From the NCBI GenBank assembly GCA_003551565.1, contig PUMZ01000036.1, positions 1-42,718 on the forward strand: a stretch of DNA of 42,718 bases, read 5' to 3'. Under the pieces are notes generated by a model. That model was given only the letters and a program-made list of their open reading frames with translations. It had not been told where the DNA came from and ran no database searches. Positions 7,759-17,190 of the stretch are shown one piece after another. Numbering within the stretch: the stretch's first letter is position 1; each line of letters begins with the position of its first letter. Made by a program: the position numbers and the translations under genes. Source of the DNA: Candidatus Brocadiaceae bacterium (GTDB taxonomy: Bacteria > Planctomycetota > Brocadiia > SM23-32).

Positions 7759-9096
7759 TCAGCGGCTTCTCTGATGATACTCCATCAACACGTTCTCCCA
7801 CAGGTCCCGGGTGATGCGGTAGTCGTGCCGGTGATCGGTGATGTCGGTGGGGCCGCCGGCCGCCCTGCCGTGGGCATAGTTGATATAACCATGCTCGAGT
7901 TTGTAGAAAAGGTCGGCGGCTCCGATCTCGATGCGGCGGATACATTCTTCTGCTGCGGGTCCTTCCTCCCAGTATCCGGTGACGATCAGCGCCACCTGAT
8001 TGAACAGATTGGGACGGAAACCGTGGTAAGCATACCCGACGCTGCTGCGTGGTCCGCCGGCGTCACGCGCGTCGAATTCCCGGAGCATGCCTGTCTCTCC
8101 CCTGTTCGGCAGTTCTTCGGCTCCTGCGGCGATACGTCCGCCGCCGTCTATACCCTCACCGTCATTCAGGCCGGGGCTGACCACTGCACCGTATGTATGC
8201 AGCGTGAGTCCTTCGTAGAGAGCCATCGGGTCGGTCAGATCCTTATCCAGGTAGGTGAAATCCCGCACGTTGCGTTCGATTTCCTCGCCGGCGGGGGCGT
8301 CGGAATCGGGATGATCCGCCTTCCAGTTGAACGTCCCGTATGTGTTGTCGAGCCCGGCGTCCCTGAGTTCCGCAACGAACTCCTCGTGGTCATAATTGCT
8401 GAGCATGTCCTGAGCCTTATCCGGGCCGAAGTAAACAGCCCCTATGAGGAGGTTCCCGACCATTCCTTCGCGGAAGTTCGGGTTCCAGCCGCGGTGGAAG
8501 TTATCGCATCCGTCAATGGCATGGGGGCGCTTTCCGTCTTCGTATGCACGATCGCTCGTGGTATGGGCCGAAGCCACCATGCAGGCCTTCAGGATCAGGT
8601 CCACCTTGAGCCGTTCCTCTTCGGAAAGTTGATCCCATATCCTCGGCGTATTCTTCATGACGACGGCGGCGCTCGTAAAGAGCACTTCATGCTGAGCCGG
8701 ATAGCCGCCGTTTGCGCTGGGCGAGTTGCCGCCCCGGAGAATATTGCGGACCTGGCGCAAGAGGCGCTCGTCCACCTGCTCCTCTCCCGCATATGCCGCA
8801 ATGGCCAGCACCGGCAAACTTGCTCCGCTCCAGGCCCCGTTCGTGTGGGCGCCGCCGCGGGCGTCGCGTCCGTAGCGAAAAATATGGTACTCGCCGGCTT
8901 GCCGGATCGCCTCCTCCGACGGAGCACGCAGCTTTGGTTCGAAATCCGTCTCTCCTACGGCAACCGCACACAGAAGCAGCCCGGCCACCGCCAGGCAGAG
9001 CGGCAACACAACACAGGGGATACGGAGAATCGGAAGGACGCAGGCGCCCGGTAAGAGTGCCGGAGCTTCTCTTTTCACATCAATATTTCCACCCAT
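7759..9096 (-). CDS. hypothetical exported or membrane-anchored protein, family not recognised
   Basis: ORF 7759..9228, with the start at ATG 9096 (MGGNIDVKREAPALL..) followed by a hydrophobic segment VVLPLCLAVAGLLLCAVAV. The coding-like composition continues through the whole ORF. Confidence 0.55.
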   Translation of the reverse strand: MGGNIDVKREAPALLPGACVLPILRIPCVVLPLCLAVAGLLLCAVAVGETDFEPKLRAPSEEAIRQAGEYHIFRYGRDARGGAHTNGAWSGASLPVLAIAAYAGEEQVDERLLRQVRNILRGGNSPSANGGYPAQHEVLFTSAAVVMKNTPRIWDQLSEEERLKVDLILKACMVASAHTTSDRAYEDGKRPHAIDGCDNFHRGWNPNFREGMVGNLLIGAVYFGPDKAQDMLSNYDHEEFVAELRDAGLDNTYGTFNWKADHPDSDAPAGEEIERNVRDFTYLDKDLTDPMALYEGLTLHTYGAVVSPGLNDGEGIDGGGRIAAGAEELPNRGETGMLREFDARDAGGPRSSVGYAYHGFRPNLFNQVALIVTGYWEEGPAAEECIRRIEIGAADLFYKLEHGYINYAHGRAAGGPTDITDHRHDYRITRDLWENVLMEYHQRSR

Positions 9097-9193
9097 GACG
9101 TTTGTCTCCCTGCAAAGATTCCGTGAGCCCCGCTGGTTGGTTTCACGGCGCTCACTCCTGGGATTGAACAGATTCGAATCACACTGTGGTATA

Positions 9194-9221
9194 TATTGTA
9201 CGCTGTTGCCGTCGTCTGTCA
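9194..9221 (-). promoter_or_regulatory. sigma70-like promoter candidate TTGACA-N16-TACAAT
   Basis: Read on the minus strand, the -35 is at 9221..9216 (perfect TTGACA) and the -10 at 9199..9194. It is about 95 nt upstream of ATG 9096. Confidence 0.5.
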
Positions 9222-9285
9222 AACACACGCCTCAGGAGGAGGGCTTCACGCTGGAACGTCTTTGCACCGACCTGACGCAGATTTT

Positions 9286-12200
9286 TCAAAACCGGCTCCC
9301 CGCACCGACTGCCCCGGCGTCGCGCGCTCCGTCCGGTGTTTGACGTCCCGTGAAATCCCTCAGGTGGGGCCCGGCAAACTGCCAGTCGTAAAGCTCTTCG
9401 ATCGTGGTGCACGCATCGGCAATGGTGCCGAGGCTGATGCGCATGAACGCAAACGTGCCAGCCAGGTTCCGGCCGTCCGGAGCTCCTCCGACATACAGGT
9501 CGCCGTCGTTGGCCAGAGATACGTCAGGTCCGATCCCCTCGCCGGCGGCGTGTTTTTTGCCGTCGAGGTAAAGGACGAGGCTGTGGTTTTTGCGGTCCGC
9601 CTCCGCGATCAGGTGCCGCCATCGGCCGTCATTGACGCGCATCCCGCTGGAAAGGGTTGCCCTCGTTCCGCTCCCTTCCACTGCAAAGACCACGCGCCCC
9701 TCATCGTCCAGGGCCAGCGAATAACCCGATCCGTCCATCTTTTCGGCCAGAACGGCGGAGGCGGCGCCGGGTTCGGTTTTAAAATACACCTCGATCAGAA
9801 AGTTGCTCCGGTGCACCTGCGGGCTGGTAAAGTTTTCGCCTTCCGCCACATGTGTCTCTTCTTCGCCCGCCCGCTGCCAGCGGCCGACGACGCTGTATTC
9901 AAGCGGTCCGTTCATATTGTCACCGGGTGCGAAAGCGTACTGGTCCCTGCCGTTCAGTTTGAGCGCGCCCCCGGTCCAGTTCTCCAGGGGGCTTTCAACA
10001 TAATCGCCCTTGGTGATATTCACGCCCCGAAGGGGGAATCGGGGGTGTTCGCTGTATTTCGCACGGTCCAGATAGTAGGGCCGCATGTACCAGTGTTCGT
10101 CGATGATGCGCGCCGGGTCATCGCCCGCCGGATAGAAGTTCCACTCTCCCACCGTGCGGTACAGTGCCCATGGCACGAAAACCTTCGCTCCCCGCCCGGC
10201 CGCTGCGCCGCCGGGTTTCGCCCGGAAGTCGTGCTTTTCTGCATCCCTCAGCGGAGACTGTTGCGTCACGACGCCCATATCATATTCGATCGCCCCCGAT
10301 TTACTGAGTGCTTCGCGCGCCTCTTCAAAACCCTCATGCCACCTGCCGGAAGGCTCGAAGACACCGAAACGGACCACATTGTAAAAGACGTTGCCGCTGT
10401 AGGCGTTGGTTTCCAGCGCAAACACGCCGGCGGCCGCACCGGCATCGGGCTCGTTTTCGGCCCCGGGCCCGTCGGCGGGATCGGCGTGGCGGAAGGCCCA
10501 GTCACCGATGCTGTCCCATATGTTCGCGAGGTATTTGTTGCGCCCGCCCTGCGGCGCCTGCCGCCGCGAGCCCTTGACAAAATTGTAAAACGTGTTATTG
10601 AAAAAGGTGTTCTGGAAACTGTGGATCTCCTGCAGTGCGGCCCGGTTGCCAAGGGGGGATGCGGGGTCGGAAGATATTCCCCATCCTATGTTGTTGAAAA
10701 GATAGTTTTTGAACGCGCCGTCGAGGTAGTAGGCAAACCCGAAACGCTTGTACCCGTCCGGGGTCAGAACACTTGCCAGGTGCCTGTAGCCGCCCGGGTT
10801 GCCCACAACGTTGTTGTAAATGTAAAATGGGCCGCCCTGCCACGTCTCGATCCCGCCGAAATCGTTATTGTTCAGCAGCGGGTCGATCACACTGTTATGG
10901 TGGGCGATGATGCGCGTCAGCGGCACGTCCCAGGACGCCCCATCGCGCTTGCCGCCGAACATGTTGATTCCCAGCCCCCACGTCCTGCTCAGTATATTGC
11001 CGGCGATCTCAACCGTACGTCCGTTGGTCACATCGATGGCCACCCCCATGCCGTAGCGGTTGGGCCGGCGGCCGATCTCGTGCAGCCGGTTGCGCATTAT
11101 CCGCACGTCTTTCAGGAGACCGGATTTCAGGACGGTATGTCCCCACAACGGACCTTCGTTGATGCAGACGCCGCCGCCATCGGTATAGCGAATAAGGTTG
11201 TCGGTCACGGCGATACGGTCGAGAACCTCGCCTTTGACCGGCGGTTCCATGAAGACGGCCATGTAGAGGTGTTCGAACCGGCAATTGGATACGCGGATGT
11301 CCTCGCCCCCGCCGATGAGGCGGACGGCGGCCGGGTGCAGTTCGTAGCGGCGGACGTAATTCCGCTCCCCGGCACGATGATCGAGCAGGGTCAGGTCCCG
11401 GTGGAAATTTGTAAAGCGGAAGGTCAGGCCCGATATGTGCACGTGGCTCATCCGCTCGCTGTCGATAAGATTTTTATGCCTGGCCGCCTCGATGGTCACG
11501 TCGTTCGGGTCGGTGCCTTCCGGCAGGCGGATGTGGAGCCGTCCTCCCTCTCCCCGGCGCTCGAACCAGAACTCCCCCTCCGGATCGTTCAGGTAGTGCG
11601 GCTTGTCCTCAAGGTAGTAACGATTGCCCTTGACGATGACATAAGAGCCCACGCCGCCCCACTGCCCGCCGAATCCGATGCCGCGGCGATCGGTATCCAC
11701 CACCTCCACGCGGGCGGGGTACGGGGTGCTCTGGACCCAGCCGTATTCGGTCCAGACTATGGCATTTTCATAGTATTCTTCCTCCTGCGTCAGGTTTTCC
11801 GTGTCGATTCCCAAATGAAGGCGCCGACCGCCCGGCCCCTCGGTGAAGACATCGAAGGGCCGGCCTTCGGGGTAGTTCCACTGCCACCATTCGCTTTTCA
11901 CGTCGTGCGGGTCGGAAACCGTCCAGTTCGGCATGCGTGCGAGGGGCAGACGGACGATTGCGTCGTTTTCATCGACCATCCACACGTTGCGCGGCAAGAA
12001 ATCCAGGTCCTGCCACCAGATCTGCTCCGGCTCCGGTATATCCGGATGCTCCGCGCCCCTCTGCCATCCCTCTTCCAGCGCAACCGATCCGTAGATGGCG
12101 GCCTCTCCCTCCCCCCATTCCGGATCGACGGTCAGCCGTATGGGTTTGTCCGGTTCTCCGGATTCATCGGCAAAGAGTGTCCCGCGGTAAACAACACCCT

Positions 12201-12606
12201 TTTTGAAAACGTAGGTGTGTATTCCGCTCGCTGCGGCGGCGTTGCCTCCGGCGACGGGGTCCCACGGATGGTGTTTCCATGCTGTTTCCGGCGTCTGCCC
12301 GTCCCGTCCATCGTCGCCGTCCGCGTAATCAATATAACGCACCGAACCGCCCGGCTCGAACCGGAAAGTTTCTGGGGCCCATTCGAGGTCCCCGGTTTCG
12401 CTGACGACGGCATGAGGACGTCCCCAGCTCCAGCTGGACGGCTCGGGCTTGCGCGCCTCGTGCAAGGAAACCTCGCTCCGTGCGTCCGGCCGCTCCGGAT
12501 CGTCCGGCCCGGGGGTGCAGCTTGTCGACAGACAGGCGGCCGCAAACAGGCATATCGCCGCCCGGCACAATGGCACATATCTGATCATTCGTTGCATAGT
12601 TTTCAT
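9286..12606 (-). CDS. large secreted right-handed beta-helix protein with C-terminal LamG/concanavalin-like domain
   Basis: ORF 9286..12891, with the start at ATG 12606 (GGGAGG upstream). The signal is MKTMQRMIRYVPLCRAAICLFAAACLSTSC. The central region has N/G-rich repeats (..NNVVGNPGG.., ..FNNIGWG.., FFNNTFYNF). The C-terminus ..RWRHLIAEADRKNHSLVLYLDGK..GDLYVGG.. is LamG-like. Confidence 0.7.
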   Translation of the reverse strand: MKTMQRMIRYVPLCRAAICLFAAACLSTSCTPGPDDPERPDARSEVSLHEARKPEPSSWSWGRPHAVVSETGDLEWAPETFRFEPGGSVRYIDYADGDDGRDGQTPETAWKHHPWDPVAGGNAAAASGIHTYVFKKGVVYRGTLFADESGEPDKPIRLTVDPEWGEGEAAIYGSVALEEGWQRGAEHPDIPEPEQIWWQDLDFLPRNVWMVDENDAIVRLPLARMPNWTVSDPHDVKSEWWQWNYPEGRPFDVFTEGPGGRRLHLGIDTENLTQEEEYYENAIVWTEYGWVQSTPYPARVEVVDTDRRGIGFGGQWGGVGSYVIVKGNRYYLEDKPHYLNDPEGEFWFERRGEGGRLHIRLPEGTDPNDVTIEAARHKNLIDSERMSHVHISGLTFRFTNFHRDLTLLDHRAGERNYVRRYELHPAAVRLIGGGEDIRVSNCRFEHLYMAVFMEPPVKGEVLDRIAVTDNLIRYTDGGGVCINEGPLWGHTVLKSGLLKDVRIMRNRLHEIGRRPNRYGMGVAIDVTNGRTVEIAGNILSRTWGLGINMFGGKRDGASWDVPLTRIIAHHNSVIDPLLNNNDFGGIETWQGGPFYIYNNVVGNPGGYRHLASVLTPDGYKRFGFAYYLDGAFKNYLFNNIGWGISSDPASPLGNRAALQEIHSFQNTFFNNTFYNFVKGSRRQAPQGGRNKYLANIWDSIGDWAFRHADPADGPGAENEPDAGAAAGVFALETNAYSGNVFYNVVRFGVFEPSGRWHEGFEEAREALSKSGAIEYDMGVVTQQSPLRDAEKHDFRAKPGGAAAGRGAKVFVPWALYRTVGEWNFYPAGDDPARIIDEHWYMRPYYLDRAKYSEHPRFPLRGVNITKGDYVESPLENWTGGALKLNGRDQYAFAPGDNMNGPLEYSVVGRWQRAGEEETHVAEGENFTSPQVHRSNFLIEVYFKTEPGAASAVLAEKMDGSGYSLALDDEGRVVFAVEGSGTRATLSSGMRVNDGRWRHLIAEADRKNHSLVLYLDGKKHAAGEGIGPDVSLANDGDLYVGGAPDGRNLAGTFAFMRISLGTIADACTTIEELYDWQFAGPHLRDFTGRQTPDGARDAGAVGAGSRF

Positions 12607-12812
12607 AGCAGCCTCCCGGCGCTTCGTATTTTGTTTGCTTTCCCAACCTCCGATGACGAACGGAACAGATCCTGTTGATCGACCAAAAAAGAGTCTCCTG
12701 TTCTCCAGCGGTAGCGATGCTGCCATGCGCCCGGCCATGTCTTCATCCCGGCCGGCGGCCGTCAGGGGGTCACCATCTACCTTGGGCATCCCTACCGATT
12801 CCTTCGCCTGCT

Positions 12813-12841
12813 TTGCCGGGATCGGTTTGTTCCGGTATAAT
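12813..12841 (+). promoter_or_regulatory. sigma70-like promoter candidate TTGCCG-N17-TATAAT
   Basis: The -35 is at 12813..12818 and a perfect -10 at 12836..12841. It is about 115 nt upstream of ATG 12958. Confidence 0.45.
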
Positions 12842-12957
12842 AGCAGGATATCGTTCCGAATGCCAATCAACGCGGTGGGTGGATAGACCACGTTGCGCCA
12901 TGGAGCGCCTTGCCCGGCGCTATCCCGATCATTTCATAAAACAACGGCAATTTTAAG

Positions 12958-13674
12958 ATGAATCATCCACGAATAGGGCTGAATATGGACGACCGCTGCG
13001 AGGCGGAAGGCAAGACGGCCCGCTGCCACATAGGGCTCAGCTACGTGCGGGCAATTGTGGAAGCAGGCGGCCTGCCGATTCCGATTCCTCCGTTGCAGGA
13101 CATGGATTTGCTGCGCAGTTTGATTCCGCAGCTTGACGGCATGGTTTTTTCCGGCGGCGCCGATTACCCCCCGGAGCTTTATGGAGCGGAACGGGGACCG
13201 GAGACCCGGGTTGTTTCGCCGACCCGTTTGCAGGCCGATCTGGCGTTGGGACGTCTTCTGTTTGATGAAAGCGACATGCCTGTTCTTGGCATCTGCCTGG
13301 GACATCAACTGATCAGTCTGGCACATGGCGGCAAGCTGATTCCGCATCTGCCTGAGGCCGGGAGGCACGTGAAAGCCCCTGCGGGACGCGACCGGGAGCA
13401 CCCGGTACGTCTCGTTCCCGGGAGCCGTTTGCATCGCATTTTCGAAGAGGAGAGCATTCTGGTGAACTCCGCCCACCACCAGGGGGTCGATCCGCACCAT
13501 GCGGGTTCCGGGCTGGAAGTGACCGCGCGGGATGGGGACGGCATGGTGGAAGCTGTGGAACTCAGCGATGCCCGCAGGTTTGTGCTGGGAGTTCAGTGGC
13601 ATCCCGAACGGATACACAATCCGGACCACCGGCGCCGCATATTCCACGCCTTCCTTGGGGCCTGCAGCGGGTGA
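12958..13674 (+). CDS. class I glutamine amidotransferase-like / peptidase C26 (gamma-glutamyl-GABA hydrolase family) protein
   Basis: ORF 12958..13674. It carries ..PVLGICLGHQL.. (nucleophile Cys) and ..GVQWHPE.. motifs. Confidence 0.8.
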   Translation: MNHPRIGLNMDDRCEAEGKTARCHIGLSYVRAIVEAGGLPIPIPPLQDMDLLRSLIPQLDGMVFSGGADYPPELYGAERGPETRVVSPTRLQADLALGRLLFDESDMPVLGICLGHQLISLAHGGKLIPHLPEAGRHVKAPAGRDREHPVRLVPGSRLHRIFEEESILVNSAHHQGVDPHHAGSGLEVTARDGDGMVEAVELSDARRFVLGVQWHPERIHNPDHRRRIFHAFLGACSG

Positions 13675-13754
13675 AAATACGGCATGCCGGGCTATCGCGC
13701 TTATTTCCCGCGTTCCGGTGGTGCAGATGTGGCAGAAAGCAAACGCCGCTGTAT

Positions 13755-14870
13755 TCAGTCTTTTTTGAAAACTTTCTTTACCGCTTCCAGATAGCCGTAC
13801 CCGTGGAGATCGTCGGGTTGGAGATAGCTGGTTTCGGTCCACTCGTTCCAGCTGTTCACTGTGACAAGCGGGGGCTGGTCCGGGCGCCGGTCGATATGGC
13901 CCCTGGCCATTTCAAGAGCTTTCTGAAAATTCTCCGGGTTGTTGTTCTTCACAATGCCGGGGCTGAAGACCTTGAACCGGGGGTTGTTGTCCCAGCCCAC
14001 CGAAACATGGGGGAAGTACGGAAGCGGCGCATCGTTGCTCAACCGTTCCCATTCTTTTTCCGCGTCGACGATGATTTCCTCGTAATCCCTGTCGATGTCC
14101 ACAAACATGACGTACTGGTAGTGCGTGATGCTGCGGAAGCCCACCCGCTCCATATCGGCATCATCGATCAGGCGCCCACCCGCTCCGACGCCGCTTTGGT
14201 CGGAAAGCTTCCATAAATTCAGCTGGAGGTGGAGCCCGGGAAATCCGGCCTTTCGGACCTCCTCGTCCAGCCATTCGACCGCCGCGGCGGCTTGGTCCAC
14301 ACCTCCGAGTCCCTCGATGAAATTCCGGTCCTCGAAAATCATAAACACGGGACGCCCGTCGATGGTATAGTAGGAGGGATGGGTGAAATAATTGTCGATC
14401 AGCCTTCGCCCGATGTTTTCAAAGCCACGCCGATCGACGGCCCCACGCCAGATGACGTTGTCATCGATATGGGATATGCGCCGGTCCCAGAGGTGGGTGA
14501 CGTCGTGGTTGGCCCACATCAGGTAGAATTTGACGCGATCATTGTTCCGCGCCTTCAGATAACCGTTGTTGAGGCACGTCTCCAGAAAGGGGCGGCCGTC
14601 GTACCAGTACCAGTCGTAGATAAAGACGTTGACTCCGTGATCGGCCGCGGCGTCGATCTGCATCTCCATCACCCGCGGGTCGGCCTCGTTGCAGTAGCCC
14701 CAGAGCGGTCTGCGCGGCCAGCGATGGCCCGGGAATTTGGGCCCCGCATTGCGCACGGTCTCCCATTCGCCGTTTCCTTCGGGCCAGAACATGCGTGTGC
14801 GCGGCTCGTCGCCGGTGTACGACGGCCAGATATAGGCGGCAACATCGTAGCCCTTCCTGTCGTTGCTCAT
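13755..14870 (-). CDS. GH99-like / WbsX-family glycosyl hydrolase-like protein
   Basis: ORF 13755..14870. ..VAAYIWPSY..WPEGNGEWETV..VNVFIYDWYWYDG..YLMWANHD.. follows the WbsX/GH99-like pattern. No signal peptide. Confidence 0.65.
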   Translation of the reverse strand: MSNDRKGYDVAAYIWPSYTGDEPRTRMFWPEGNGEWETVRNAGPKFPGHRWPRRPLWGYCNEADPRVMEMQIDAAADHGVNVFIYDWYWYDGRPFLETCLNNGYLKARNNDRVKFYLMWANHDVTHLWDRRISHIDDNVIWRGAVDRRGFENIGRRLIDNYFTHPSYYTIDGRPVFMIFEDRNFIEGLGGVDQAAAAVEWLDEEVRKAGFPGLHLQLNLWKLSDQSGVGAGGRLIDDADMERVGFRSITHYQYVMFVDIDRDYEEIIVDAEKEWERLSNDAPLPYFPHVSVGWDNNPRFKVFSPGIVKNNNPENFQKALEMARGHIDRRPDQPPLVTVNSWNEWTETSYLQPDDLHGYGYLEAVKKVFKKD

Positions 14871-14954
14871 AACAGTCTGCTTCTCCTCTTAAATTTATCA
14901 GCAAGTCGCGCAGACACCGGATGGATAATATCGATGCCTGTGGGAACGCCATGC

Positions 14955-15518
14955 CTACGACGCCAGCGCGATCTCCCCGGCCAGTGCCTGCAGCGTATCC
15001 CTGGCACTTGCCGAGGCCATGGCGTCTCCCTTCTCGCAAGCGAATATCCTGACCTTCCTCAAGATTTCAGCCCCGTAATGGGAAAACCATCCTGAGAGTA
15101 CCCGTTCGTGCGTTGCGAAACCGCTTTCGGTGGCCACGCTGACCAGCCACCCTTTCTTACCGGCATAAGGTTGGGGACGGGCATAAAGGCCGTGCGTGCG
15201 ATCGATGAAGTCTTTCATCATCCCGGGGGGAGCATCCCAGTAGACGGGCGCTGCAAGCACAAGTCCTTCACATGATGCTATTTTCTCCAGAAGCGCCGGC
15301 ATATCATCGCCGGCGACCGCGCAACGCATCAATTGCATGCACTTCCGGCATCCGGTGCACGGACGGATATCCCGGTCCCGGAGCCTCAGGTGCTCGGCGA
15401 TCACCCCTTCATACCCTTTGAGGCATCCGGCAAGGAATTCCGCGCAGTCCTCGGTGTTTCCCCCTGGCCGCGGACTGCCCGAGATAATGAGCAGTTTTAG
15501 CCTTTTGCATTTTACCAT
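14955..15518 (-). CDS. flavodoxin-like NADPH-dependent FMN reductase / iron-sulfur flavoprotein family
   Basis: ORF 14955..15896, with the start at ATG 15518 (MVKCKRLKLLIISGSPRPGGNTE..). It contains the Cys cluster ..CTGCRKC... The longer upstream extension overlaps a promoter-like region. Confidence 0.7.
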   Translation of the reverse strand: MVKCKRLKLLIISGSPRPGGNTEDCAEFLAGCLKGYEGVIAEHLRLRDRDIRPCTGCRKCMQLMRCAVAGDDMPALLEKIASCEGLVLAAPVYWDAPPGMMKDFIDRTHGLYARPQPYAGKKGWLVSVATESGFATHERVLSGWFSHYGAEILRKVRIFACEKGDAMASASARDTLQALAGEIALAS

Positions 15519-15567
15519 TAAGCGTCGCCCGAAAGACAGGATCCCCGAACAAACGACCGACAAATAC

Positions 15568-15596
15568 ACTGTAGAAAAAAAGACGCTCCATGTCAA
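15568..15596 (-). promoter_or_regulatory. sigma70-like promoter candidate TTGACA-N17-TACAGT for the flavodoxin-like gene
   Basis: Read on the minus strand, the -35 is at 15596..15591 and the -10 at 15573..15568. Confidence 0.45.
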
Positions 15597-15635
15597 ACCG
15601 GCGCGCCCCCTCCCCTCTTCCGCCTGCACACCGCC

Positions 15636-15664
15636 TTGACAAAAGGTCGCCCGGAAGATACGAT
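15636..15664 (+). promoter_or_regulatory. sigma70-like promoter candidate TTGACA-N17-TACGAT, divergent from the previous one
   Basis: The -35 is at 15636..15641 and the -10 at 15659..15664. It is about 130 nt upstream of ATG 15796. Confidence 0.45.
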
Positions 15665-15795
15665 AGGTGACAATCTGCCGGACCGAATCCAGTCGGCCCG
15701 GAATGAAACTGTTGCTGACCGGCGACCGCCATTGCAACATTTCGGACAGAAACTGTACGGAACAACCAAAGATAATACCAACAGGGAGAAATGCT

Positions 15796-17172
15796 ATGCC
15801 CGACAATCCGGCCAATATCGGCGGCACGTTTCCGCACCTGGCAGTGAAAACAGACCACACGCCCCCCCGCACCGAAACCGGGATCGGGGCACTCATGCCC
15901 TGGGCCGACCGCCTGTGGTTTGTGACCTACGTGGCGCACAAAACGGGCGGCGACGGTACGGGGCTGTTTACGATCAATGACAGCCTGGACATCGCGAAAC
16001 ATCCCGCCAGCCGCATCGGCACTTACGCGAACAGGATCATACACAGTGAATCGAACCAGTTGATAATAGGTCCCCACGCCATCGGTACGGACGGCGGCGT
16101 GCGAACGTTCGATGACCTGGCGGGTGTGCGCCTGGCCGCCACCGCACGCCACCTCACCGACCCCGAAAACAAAGTTTACTTCCTCGGCATGGAAGGCGAA
16201 TTTTTCGAAGCGAACGTGCATACTATGGAGGTTGCCCCCCTTTTCAACCTCAACAAAGAGCTGGAGATGAGCGGCATCGCCCACTTCAAGGACGCCTACA
16301 CGGACCACGGGCGGGTGGTTGTTGCCAACAACAGCTATTTCCATGAGGATTTCGACAGGGGCGAGAGCGACGGTCGCCTGGCCGAATGGGATGGGACAGG
16401 CTGGAAAATTCTGGCCCGTACCCAGTTCAACACCGTATCGGGCCGCTGCGGCGGAACCCTGGGGCGAGCAATATATGCTGCGGGACAGGACCGCGCTTCG
16501 GCCCTGCTGCATGTCTACCTTCCCGAAACCGGATGGAAAGTCTACCGTCTTCCCAAAAGCACAAATACGCAGGACCATGCATGGACGACCGAGTGGCCGC
16601 GGATCCGCGAAGTGGAATCGGAACGGTGGCTGATCGATGCCAGCGGCATGTTCTATGAAATGCCGGCCATGACGTATGGGAATGCGCTCCGCGGAGTCGT
16701 GCCCATCTGCCGGCACCTGCGCATCATACCCGACTACTGTTCCTGGAACGGGTTGCTCGTCCTTGCGGGCGATCAGACCACGCCTATCGAAGATTCCAAC
16801 CCGTTCGCCGGACAACCGCAGGCCAATCTGCGGTTCATGCATACCGACGACCTCTGGCAGATGGGTGGAAAGCCCGCCGGATGGGGCGGGCCGTGGTGGC
16901 AGACAAAAGTCGAGGAATCGCGGCCCTCGGAGCCGTTCCTGATGACGGGTTTCGATCACAAGTGCCTGCACGTGCGCCACGACGACCCCACCTCACGGCA
17001 TTTCCGGATCGAGATTGATTTCCAGGGCACCGGCGTATGGAACCACTATGACGACATAACCACCAAAAAAGGCTATGGTTTCCACGTATTCCCGGCCGGG
17101 CTGAACTGCCATTGGGTGCGGCTGGTTCCCCAATCCGCATGCACGGCGACGGCGCAGTTCATTTGCACGTAA
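15796..17172 (+). CDS. hypothetical protein (458 aa), family not recognised, no signal peptide
   Basis: ORF 15667..17172, with the start at ATG 15796 (AGGGAGA 5 nt upstream). It is W/G-rich and possibly beta-propeller-like. It is the first gene of a co-directional run with GH5 and a lyase. Confidence 0.6.
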   Translation: MPDNPANIGGTFPHLAVKTDHTPPRTETGIGALMPWADRLWFVTYVAHKTGGDGTGLFTINDSLDIAKHPASRIGTYANRIIHSESNQLIIGPHAIGTDGGVRTFDDLAGVRLAATARHLTDPENKVYFLGMEGEFFEANVHTMEVAPLFNLNKELEMSGIAHFKDAYTDHGRVVVANNSYFHEDFDRGESDGRLAEWDGTGWKILARTQFNTVSGRCGGTLGRAIYAAGQDRASALLHVYLPETGWKVYRLPKSTNTQDHAWTTEWPRIREVESERWLIDASGMFYEMPAMTYGNALRGVVPICRHLRIIPDYCSWNGLLVLAGDQTTPIEDSNPFAGQPQANLRFMHTDDLWQMGGKPAGWGGPWWQTKVEESRPSEPFLMTGFDHKCLHVRHDDPTSRHFRIEIDFQGTGVWNHYDDITTKKGYGFHVFPAGLNCHWVRLVPQSACTATAQFICT

Positions 17173-17190
17173 TTCTCCGGAGGACAATCG

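Noticed and set aside
9171-9180. GATTCGAATC, reminiscent of a tRNA T-loop (GTTCGAATC)
   Set aside because: The flanks cannot form a T-stem, acceptor stem or anticodon arm on either strand. It is just a 10-bp palindrome in a leader region. I found no tRNA anywhere in the window.
9196-12678. 1160-aa plus-strand ORF, the longest in the track
   Set aside because: It is antisense to the beta-helix/LamG gene. The translation is Arg/Ala/Gly/Pro/Val-rich with no recognisable motifs, which is the typical shadow ORF of a high-GC gene.
15409-16980. 523-aa minus-strand ORF
   Set aside because: It is antisense to the 15796-17172 gene and crosses the divergent promoter region. It has low-complexity composition. 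The same reasoning applies to 24962-26536, 12934-13842, 7774-9054, 5203-6288, 34999-36003, 36134-36910, 37037-37873, 23544-24479 and 27916-28860.
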